Source: Deinococcales bacterium
Lineage (GTDB): Bacteria; Deinococcota; Deinococci; Deinococcales; JAAFIG01
Length of the DNA: 64,000 nucleotides
Direction: 5' to 3'
NCBI GenBank assembly: GCA_043778225.1
Contig: JAYWGM010000091.1
Location: forward strand, 1 to 64,000
A model generated the notes under the pieces. The model searched no databases. It had not been told where the DNA came from and was given only the letters and a program-made list of their open reading frames with translations. Position 1 is the first letter of the stretch; each line of letters starts with the position of its first letter. Shown here piece after piece: positions 10,305-17,556 of this stretch. A program made the position numbers and the translations under genes.

Positions 10305-10808
10305 TTAAAAAGCTGTCCAAGGTACTCGAGCCACAGCAATACTCGAGACTTTAGCTCGTGGGTCAATTGCCCGAACACGCTGCTTGAGTTTGTCAGGAGC
10401 AGCTTTGGCATCAATCACTTGCGGGAAAAACTTACTTGGTTTGCTTGGTTGTTCGAGATGAAGCACCACCCGTAAACGCACCTGTTTTAGGGCTTGAACC
10501 GCAAAAACTTGCTCTTCTCCGACTGCATTAGCTCGCATTGCCAGCAAACACGTGAGGCTCGAGAAAACCTTTAAGGCAATTTCGTCAAATAAATCAATGG
10601 TTTTGATACGCCGATGAGCGCGATAATCTTTAACTTCAATCAACCATAATTCGGTGCTGCTCGAGTCAAAAGCCAGTATGTCCATGGCTTTTGCTCCACC
10701 CGAAAAAGATTGAAAGTGCTTTTTGTAAAATGTGGTTGTGTCGAGTTTTTGCACTTCAAAAGTAGCTGGGAAATCAAACGTAATTGACCCTTCAATAATC
10801 CGCGGCAC
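10305..10808 (-). CDS. putative PD-(D/E)xK nuclease-like protein, partner of the upstream ATPase
   Basis: KAMDIL...LWLIEVKDY motif; starts 3 nt after the ATPase stop. Confidence 0.6.
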   Translation of the reverse strand: MPRIIEGSITFDFPATFEVQKLDTTTFYKKHFQSFSGGAKAMDILAFDSSSTELWLIEVKDYRAHRRIKTIDLFDEIALKVFSSLTCLLAMRANAVGEEQVFAVQALKQVRLRVVLHLEQPSKPSKFFPQVIDAKAAPDKLKQRVRAIDPRAKVSSIAVARVPWTAF

Positions 10809-10811
10809 ACA

Positions 10812-11831
10812 TCACTCCAACTCGAGGTAACGCTCTGACTGTTCAAGGTCAGCATCCAAAGCGGTGATTGGGTCAAGTTCTTCCATGGAATCGCCTTGGT
10901 GAACACTCACACCCTGCTTTTCAGGTTTTAGCGCAAAATAGCGGGCTGGAGCTTCTGGATGTTTTAGTAATTGGATTTTGAGTTCGCGCAGTAAAAATAA
11001 GCTGTGGGTTGCAAGGACAATTTGAATTCCCATACTCGAGAGCGTCACGAGGGTTTCGGCAAGTTGTACCATCATTTTTGGATTGAGATTTGATTCTGGT
11101 TCGTCCCAGAAAACCGTTGAGCCTTTTTGAATGCTGCCATTCATGATTAGGTACGCCAGCATTGCAATTTTGCGTATGCCTTCAGCAACAAGCGGCATCT
11201 CGAGGCGTTTTTTACCTTGCTCTAAATAGAAGCGCCCGTTTTTTACAATAACCTTACCCCTCATTTGTTTTTCGAGAACTTCAATAATCGGATGAACAAG
11301 CTCGGCACGTTCGCCTTTTAGCGGCGTGAGTGCAAGCGCATCTGCAAGGTCAAGAAACGTTCCATCAAATGCCAGTTCTCGATTACGTAATGCTCCTGCA
11401 AAACCCGCATAAACAGACATGATTTCTCGAGTCGGAATAAATAGTGGTTTTGGAAAATGAACACCTTCAGTTTCAAATTCAAATTCTGGTGCAATGGTTT
11501 TCTCTTGGCTCGAAAAACCAAAACTGAGGGCAGTACCTTCTAGAAAAGTGGCTTTGACTGTACTTTTCTCTTGCTGATGACTGACCAGATGTGCCAATGA
11601 TTCTGGTTGGTACACCTCCATAAAAGTTGTGAAGAAAGCCGCTCCCATATTCTGAATGCGCGTGATCATGTCAGGATTTTCGTGTTCGATTCGTAAAAAC
11701 ACATACCCTAGCTTTAAGAGTTGACTTTTTCCAGTTCCATTCTCACCAATAACGACGTTCAAGCCAGCGCTAAACTCGAGCTTGGCTTCTTCAAAAACCG
11801 TAAAATTCTTAATCTCGAGCGATTGCAACAT
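10812..11831 (-). CDS. AAA_15/AAA_21-type ABC-like ATPase
   Basis: LEIKNF, GENGTGKS Walker A, VAEGIRK signature, WDEPESNLNP Walker B, ATHS. Confidence 0.9.
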   Translation of the reverse strand: MLQSLEIKNFTVFEEAKLEFSAGLNVVIGENGTGKSQLLKLGYVFLRIEHENPDMITRIQNMGAAFFTTFMEVYQPESLAHLVSHQQEKSTVKATFLEGTALSFGFSSQEKTIAPEFEFETEGVHFPKPLFIPTREIMSVYAGFAGALRNRELAFDGTFLDLADALALTPLKGERAELVHPIIEVLEKQMRGKVIVKNGRFYLEQGKKRLEMPLVAEGIRKIAMLAYLIMNGSIQKGSTVFWDEPESNLNPKMMVQLAETLVTLSSMGIQIVLATHSLFLLRELKIQLLKHPEAPARYFALKPEKQGVSVHQGDSMEELDPITALDADLEQSERYLELE

Positions 11832-11840
11832 GGCTTTAGT

Positions 11841-11931
11841 TTACCCCGCAATCACATACCGCGTATCTCGTGGGCTTTCGCCTATTTTCTCGAGTAACCC
11901 CGCTTGGAACATGGTGCGTAATAAATAGCTG
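11841..11931 (-). pseudogene. orphan 91-bp copy of the 3' end of the 12646-14298 gene
   Basis: 83/91 identical to 12646-12736, including the stop codon. Confidence 0.9.
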
Positions 11932-11946
11932 CCTCCGCTTAAAATC

Positions 11947-12198
11947 CTACGCCGCCTTTTGCGTTGCTCGAGACTTGGAGCTTACTCGTGCATTCCAATT
12001 GAGTGCTAATTCAAACTTTGTTTCCACATACGGCAATGTGCTTTTTAAGGCAGCTTTGATAATCTCTTGGACTCGTTCGGCTGTCTCGAGCGAATAGAGC
12101 GGTTCGTTGCTTTCCTTGAGGTAACGCACCACTGGCACGCCGCGAATGACCACAGTTTGCTGGGTTTTTTTGGAAATATAAGTAGAGTCGTGTTTCAT
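11947..12198 (-). CDS. YgiT/MqsA-N-like putative antitoxin
   Basis: VVIRGVP...EPLYSLETAERVQEII; follows a DUF4258-like gene. Confidence 0.6.
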   Translation of the reverse strand: MKHDSTYISKKTQQTVVIRGVPVVRYLKESNEPLYSLETAERVQEIIKAALKSTLPYVETKFELALNWNARVSSKSRATQKAA

Positions 12199-12200
12199 GC

Positions 12201-12581
12201 TTACCTCGAGCGGCGCTGAATGGTTTTAATGCTGTGAACTGTAACGATATAGTAACCGTCCTGCCAAGATACTTTAGCACGTAAACGGCGTTTGCCGCCT
12301 GAGCGACCTTCAAAATTGATACCCGGTTCTCGAGTTTTGTGGTCTGGCATATCTTTTGAGATGGCTGTTCCGTTCAGAATTACGGATACCACTTGCGGAA
12401 TGGTAATCGTATCGTCAGAAGCAGCTAAAGTGGCATGGGCTGGAATGGTCAGCAAACCACTCAGCGTTGCTTCTCGAATGCGTGTCACTTCATCAATGGT
12501 TGGATGCAGTGTTGTGAAGTCGAAGGCTTCTTCGAGTAATTTTGGGACTTGAATCATTTTTACGACATTCGTTTCTGGCAT
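12201..12581 (-). CDS. DUF4258-like (RelE-superfamily) putative toxin
   Basis: HA...D.I...VILNG...D.P...YIVTV pattern. Confidence 0.55.
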   Translation of the reverse strand: MPETNVVKMIQVPKLLEEAFDFTTLHPTIDEVTRIREATLSGLLTIPAHATLAASDDTITIPQVVSVILNGTAISKDMPDHKTREPGINFEGRSGGKRRLRAKVSWQDGYYIVTVHSIKTIQRRSR

Positions 12582-12645
12582 CCTGATTTTAGATTAGCAC
12601 TTTGATGTGCAGAAAAAGAATTTCTCTCGAGATGCACAGTAGGGA

Positions 12646-14298
12646 TTAACCCGCAATCACATACCGAGTATCTCGTGGGCTTTCGCCTATTTTCTCGAGC
12701 AGACCCGCTTGAAACATGGTGCGTAGTAAATGGCTGGCTTGCGATAAATTTAAGCCCAACGCCTGGCGCACATCGCGGTTGGCAACACTGCCCAAGGCTC
12801 GAGCCACCTCGAGTACAGTGCTGCGTTTTTCTAAGCGGCTCGAGTCAGCTTTGCGCTGCATTGGCGTGATGCTGGTTGGCATTATTCGGGGGGTGCGCGG
12901 CGGCATTCGAGCAAAGTGCTTGCCGAGGGCTTGGATGGCTTCATGGGATAATTGCCATTGGTCGCCGTCGCGCAACAGTAAACCAGCTTCCTCGAGTGGA
13001 CGCAGACTGCGGCTGGTTTGCTCGAGTGGCAGTTGTAAGGCAGTGCCAAGTTGCTGTTTGTCGGCTGTTCCTTCGCGTTTGAGAATAGATAAAACAATCA
13101 GCGCGTCTAAGCTAAACGCACCCATTTCTTCTTGTTTTCGAGCCACAAAGCGGGTAAAAGCCTCATCGAAATCTGGATTATGAATGCTCAGTTGCACACT
13201 GTCTGGGTACGCCGTGTACTCGGGTGGCTCTTTGCCGTGCCGCAAGAGCAGCCTGTACATTCGGTCTACCCCAATTCCAGCCCGTTCGATGTAGCCAAGT
13301 CGAGCGAGGGCTTCGGCAAGGGTTGGGTTACGGCGTTTGGGCTGATGGCGTAGGATATTTTGCACACTGATACCGCCCGAAAATCCACCCGGATTGGCAA
13401 TCTCGAGTTTATTGGGGTAATGATGCAACTGTACAGTGTCTCTCGAGGTATAATCGCGGTGAACCAAGGCATTTAGAATCGCTTCGCGGTAGACAACTTC
13501 GTCAAAATCCCAGACTTCGATTTGAAAAAGCCCAACGTGTAAGGTTTTGTATTTATTGCGGGCTTGCACCAATTCACGCAGCCGTTCGAGCATCGCGGGA
13601 ATCGGACGATGAATCGTTTCGCGGAATTCAAATTCCATGTCTCCAGCCCCATGATGGTAATAATCAAGCTCGGCTTGGGGCAGATAGCGCTTTAGGGCTT
13701 TGTTTGTGCCGCACAATAAAATCCCAGCCAAATTTGGTTGTTCACCCTCGAGTAGACCAAGCGCCCGCAACAAATCCATATCGGGTAACTCGGCAATCGC
13801 TGCTCCACGGCGCGACTCGAGAACGCTTCTGAGCCGATGTACCTCGAGTGGGTCGATGTCGGCAAGGCTCGAGGTTGGTGGCACACTGGCGCTAAAATCT
13901 GGCAAGGGGGCGGGGTCGAGCGCCAAAGCCGCTAAAGGCTCGAGGTTTAGTCCATTCCAATGCAGCACCTCGCCAGTCGGTGTGGCAAGCACCACGGGGC
14001 TGCGCGGCACAGAGACCACCAAAATTGGTTTGCCCTCGAGCGTCGTGTTGGCACAATGCACTGTTAATTTGCCGCCAGTCAGTTCCCAGAGGGCGTGGGT
14101 CACTTGGAGCGGATGAAGGTCTTCTGCTCCCCAAATTTTGCCATCCCGTACCCCCACCACCAACGTTCCGCCACTCGAGTTTGCCAAGCCGACTGCATGG
14201 CGTGCAAGGTCGTTGGGGGTGACTTCGGGAGGCAGTAAAACAGAATCCTTAGCGTTGCCGACACGCACAAGGCTCGAGAGGTCTGGAGGAGTGGTCAT
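12646..14298 (-). CDS. AlbA_2/Schlafen + ATP-binding (HATPase_c_4) + wHTH protein
   Basis: GLANSSGGTLVVGV, REAILNALVHRDY, NPG, RNP.LA, GIGV. Confidence 0.85.
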   Translation of the reverse strand: MTTPPDLSSLVRVGNAKDSVLLPPEVTPNDLARHAVGLANSSGGTLVVGVRDGKIWGAEDLHPLQVTHALWELTGGKLTVHCANTTLEGKPILVVSVPRSPVVLATPTGEVLHWNGLNLEPLAALALDPAPLPDFSASVPPTSSLADIDPLEVHRLRSVLESRRGAAIAELPDMDLLRALGLLEGEQPNLAGILLCGTNKALKRYLPQAELDYYHHGAGDMEFEFRETIHRPIPAMLERLRELVQARNKYKTLHVGLFQIEVWDFDEVVYREAILNALVHRDYTSRDTVQLHHYPNKLEIANPGGFSGGISVQNILRHQPKRRNPTLAEALARLGYIERAGIGVDRMYRLLLRHGKEPPEYTAYPDSVQLSIHNPDFDEAFTRFVARKQEEMGAFSLDALIVLSILKREGTADKQQLGTALQLPLEQTSRSLRPLEEAGLLLRDGDQWQLSHEAIQALGKHFARMPPRTPRIMPTSITPMQRKADSSRLEKRSTVLEVARALGSVANRDVRQALGLNLSQASHLLRTMFQAGLLEKIGESPRDTRYVIAG

Positions 14299-14319
14299 TT
14301 GGGCATCGTACCACTGAAC

Positions 14320-14348
14320 TTGACTCGAGCCAAAAAGCCATTTAACAT
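14320..14348 (+). promoter_or_regulatory. sigma-A promoter of the phe leader/pheS
   Basis: TTGACT-N17-TAACAT, 6 nt before the leader ATG. Confidence 0.7.
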
Positions 14349-14354
14349 AAGCCT

Positions 14355-14393
14355 ATGGAAGTTACACTTTCGCTATTTACAAGTTTCGCGTAG
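14355..14393 (+). CDS. Phe-containing leader peptide MEVTLSLFTSFA (PheM analogue)
   Basis: 12-aa leaderless ORF with 2 Phe codons, followed by competing hairpins and a terminator. Confidence 0.7.
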   Translation: MEVTLSLFTSFA

Positions 14394-14422
14394 AACCAAC
14401 CCAAAATGGTTTTACGCGCTTT

Positions 14423-14449
14423 ACTTCGGCATATCAGCCGAAGTTTTTT
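14423..14449 (+). terminator. pheS attenuator terminator
   Basis: ACTTCGGC-ATATCA-GCCGAAGT plus T tract, ~20 nt before pheS. Confidence 0.85.
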
Positions 14450-14468
14450 ATTGTGTTAAGGAGAAAAT

Positions 14469-15479
14469 ATGATTAACGATGCAAAACTCGAGATTGCCCC
14501 TGCCTCGAGCCTTCCAGAACTCCAAGAAATTAAAGTTAAGTACCTTGGTAAAAAAGGCTTACTGACGGCTGAATTAAAAACCCTAGGCAACCTCACCCCA
14601 GATGACCGCAAAATTCGCGGCGCAGCACTGAACATGATCAAAACCGAACTCGAGGCATTGTTTGATACAAGGGAAGCTGAACTGAAAAACGCGGCGCTCG
14701 AGGCTAAACTGGCATCCGAAAGCCTTGATGTGACCCTGCCCGGAATGGCATTTCAGACGGGTGGTTTTCATTTACTGACCCGCATTATTGACGACCTGTG
14801 CAACATTTACAAAGGCTTGGGTTATCAAGTGGTGCAAGGACAAGAAGTCGAGACTGAACTCTATAATTTTGATGCCCTAAACATCCCAAGCTGGCATCCG
14901 GCTCGAGACCTCTGGGATACCTTCTGGCTGACCGACGGGCGACTTCTTCGCACCCACACCAGCCCAATGCAGGCTCGGTTTATGCAGAATTTTGAGCCGC
15001 CGTTTCGGATTGTTGTCCCCGGAAAAACCTACCGCTTTGAAGCTGTGGATGCCACCCACGAAGCGATGTTTCATCAACTCGAGGGGCTGGCAGTTGGTAA
15101 AAATATCACCATGTCTGACCTTAAAGGCACACTCGAGGAAATGGCAAAGGGCTTATTTGGCGAAAGCAGCAAAGTGCGCTTTCAGCCGAGTTACTATCCG
15201 TTCACCGAACCAAGCGCCGATTTTGCAGTCTACTGGGAAAATAAACGCACAGGGCAATCCAAATGGCTCGAGTTGGGCGGTAGTGGCATGGTACACCCTC
15301 GGGTTTTTGAAGAAGTCTGCAAGTTACGCAACGACGAGGTTTACGCTGGGCAGCGCGGCTTTGCTTTTGGCTTGGGCATCGAGCGGGTGGCGATGATTAA
15401 GTATGGTGTGCCAGATATACGCTACTTTTTTCAGAACGATTTGCGGGTCTTAAAGCAATTTCGTGGGGCGCTCGAGTAA
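14469..15479 (+). CDS. pheS: phenylalanine--tRNA ligase alpha subunit
   Basis: NFDALN..HPARD..LRTHTSP..FHQLEG..YYPFTEP..GFAFGLGIER. Confidence 0.98.
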   Translation: MINDAKLEIAPASSLPELQEIKVKYLGKKGLLTAELKTLGNLTPDDRKIRGAALNMIKTELEALFDTREAELKNAALEAKLASESLDVTLPGMAFQTGGFHLLTRIIDDLCNIYKGLGYQVVQGQEVETELYNFDALNIPSWHPARDLWDTFWLTDGRLLRTHTSPMQARFMQNFEPPFRIVVPGKTYRFEAVDATHEAMFHQLEGLAVGKNITMSDLKGTLEEMAKGLFGESSKVRFQPSYYPFTEPSADFAVYWENKRTGQSKWLELGGSGMVHPRVFEEVCKLRNDEVYAGQRGFAFGLGIERVAMIKYGVPDIRYFFQNDLRVLKQFRGALE

Positions 15480-15483
15480 TGGC

Positions 15484-15982
15484 ACTCCCCCTCGCTTCGC
15501 TCGACCCCTCAAAGAGGGGTGCTTGGTGGGTGGAGTTTGGCTTGGGTGTTCAGTTCACGAAGTGCTTTTGTTGTTTCAGAAATCCTTTGGCAAGTTTTTG
15601 GGAAGCTAGTCAGAACTTCTTGATTGGTAAAACGAATGACTTTAATACCAAGTTCCTCCAGAATAGCAGTACGCTCAGCGTCTTGAATCAGACCTTCTGG
15701 GGTGTAATGTTGCAAACCATCAACTTCAACCACCAATTTGCTCGAGGCACAATAGAAATCCACAATGAAATGTCCAATTGGTCGTTGTCGCAACCATCTT
15801 TCAGGTTGCAATTTCAAAAAGTCATACCAAAGTTTGCGTTCTGGTTTCGTCATCTCAGCCCGAAGTTCTTGCGCTCGAGCCGTCAATATTTTTTCGTACC
15901 CCAATCTTGGCATCCAAACATCATAAACCCTTTCCCTAGCCCAGCACCCCTCTTTGAGGGGGCGAGCGAAGCGAGGGGGAGT
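15484..15982. mobile_element. 499-bp unit: DUF559 gene between 40-bp inverted REP-like repeats
   Basis: 15484-15523 matches the reverse complement of 15943-15982 at 39/40. Confidence 0.65.
15509..15913 (-). CDS. DUF559 (Vsr-like) endonuclease domain protein
   Basis: ARAQELR..MT.PE..LW, RQ.PIG.FIVDFYC, EVDG..H, D.ER...L...G..VIRF.N. Confidence 0.9.
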   Translation of the reverse strand: MPRLGYEKILTARAQELRAEMTKPERKLWYDFLKLQPERWLRQRPIGHFIVDFYCASSKLVVEVDGLQHYTPEGLIQDAERTAILEELGIKVIRFTNQEVLTSFPKTCQRISETTKALRELNTQAKLHPPSTPL

Positions 15983-16000
15983 ACCTAGGAGTCCCCTTCA

Positions 16001-16459
16001 ATGACCATTCGCCTTGCCGAACCTACCGATGCTCGAGCCATTGCCGAGATTTTGCACAGTCTCGAGGAACACCCAAATTATCGCCAAATTGCTTTAGAGG
16101 TTTTGCTGACTCGATTACAAGAGGGTTTGGAACGTCTAGCTGACCGCACTGTGCTTGTTGCAGTTATTAAAAATCAGGTACTTGGTTTTGTTATGGTGCA
16201 TTGGTTGTACCCACTGATTACCCAATCAGAAGGCTACATCGGTGATTTATTTGTTCATGCCAGCAGTACGGGTCAAGGTCTTGGTTCGGCATTACTAAGC
16301 GCCGTCATACAAGAAGCAAAGTCTCGAGGGTGTTCTCGGTTAGTTTTGAGCAATTGGCGCAACCGAATTTCGTATCAACGTAGCTTTTACGCCAAGCATG
16401 GTTTTCAAGAAAAACCCAATTCGGCACGTTTTAGTTTGAATCTCGAGGAGCGTCTATGA
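16001..16459 (+). CDS. GNAT acetyltransferase
   Basis: DLFVH...GQGLGSALL, FY.KHGF. Confidence 0.85.
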   Translation: MTIRLAEPTDARAIAEILHSLEEHPNYRQIALEVLLTRLQEGLERLADRTVLVAVIKNQVLGFVMVHWLYPLITQSEGYIGDLFVHASSTGQGLGSALLSAVIQEAKSRGCSRLVLSNWRNRISYQRSFYAKHGFQEKPNSARFSLNLEERL

Positions 16460-17556
16460 AAGTAAAGAAAACCATGTCTTTTGATGTAATTGTTTCGAGT
16501 ATTCTCGAGGCGGATAAAGAATTAAGTTTGCAAGCGACTCGAGCCGTGAACGTTAGTTTGACGCTGCGAAATTGGCTGATTGGTTTTTACATTGCTGAGT
16601 TTGAATTTAGGGGCGCTGACCGAGCGCAGTATGGTGAGAAACTATTGGACATACTTTCTGAGCGTTTAATGGCAGCTAAGTTATCTCGAGTGGAAGTACG
16701 TGAGTTACGGCGTTATAAGTTATTCTATTCGGTTTATCCAGATGTTATTGATGTATTACCTGATGCACTAAAAAATCGGTTGTTGCTTGAGCGTTCAATT
16801 CGGGAGACAGTGTCTCCCGAATTGAGAGTTCCAATTCACGATATTGTTACTCAGTTATCATTCAGCCACATTATTGAACTTATTGCGATTGAAGACAACT
16901 TAAAACGAGTCTTTTTTGAATTACAGTCGACTCGAGGTCATTGGTCTGTGCGTGAATTAAGAAGGCAAATCAGCAGCCTTTTCTTTGAACGAACTGCCAT
17001 GTCCACTGATTTGAAAAAAATGGTGGCAACTGCCCAAGTCAGGGCTGAGAGAATGCAGCCTATTCTCGAGATTAAAGACCCATATATCTTTGAGTTTCTG
17101 GGCATTAAACCCAACGAAACAGTGACCGAAAGCGTTGTCGAGCATGGCTTAATTACTAAAATTGGGGATTTTATTCTTGAGCTTGGGAATGGTTTTTGTT
17201 TCGAGGCTCGACAAAAACGAATTTTGATTGGGGATTCAACTTTTTTTGTGGATTTGGTCTTTTACCATCGTATCCTAAAATGCCATGTGCTGATTGAACT
17301 TAAAATTGGTAAATTCTCGCATGAACATATTGGACAACTCAACACCTATGTCACTTGGTATAAGCGCCACATGATGACCGAAAACGACAATCCACCAATT
17401 GGTATTTTATTGTGCAACGAGAAAGACAATGCACTTGTTGAGTACGCCTTGGCAGGTCTGGACAATGATGTATTCGTGTCAAAGTATTTGCTTGAATTGC
17501 CAAGCAAAGAAATTATTCAGCGTTTCTTAGAAGAGACGTTTCAGGAGAACTTATGA
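16456..17556 (+). CDS. YhcG/DUF1016 PDDEXK nuclease domain protein
   Basis: NWLIG, YG..L, LSFSH, WSVREL, KDPY.FEFL, DLVFY, IELK, PPIGILLC; true start may be 16474. Confidence 0.9.
   Translation: MKVKKTMSFDVIVSSILEADKELSLQATRAVNVSLTLRNWLIGFYIAEFEFRGADRAQYGEKLLDILSERLMAAKLSRVEVRELRRYKLFYSVYPDVIDVLPDALKNRLLLERSIRETVSPELRVPIHDIVTQLSFSHIIELIAIEDNLKRVFFELQSTRGHWSVRELRRQISSLFFERTAMSTDLKKMVATAQVRAERMQPILEIKDPYIFEFLGIKPNETVTESVVEHGLITKIGDFILELGNGFCFEARQKRILIGDSTFFVDLVFYHRILKCHVLIELKIGKFSHEHIGQLNTYVTWYKRHMMTENDNPPIGILLCNEKDNALVEYALAGLDNDVFVSKYLLELPSKEIIQRFLEETFQENL

Noticed and set aside
15479..15988. 169-aa plus-strand ORF coupled to the pheS stop
   Set aside because: It is antisense to a clear DUF559 gene and has no recognisable motifs, though incidental translation cannot be excluded.
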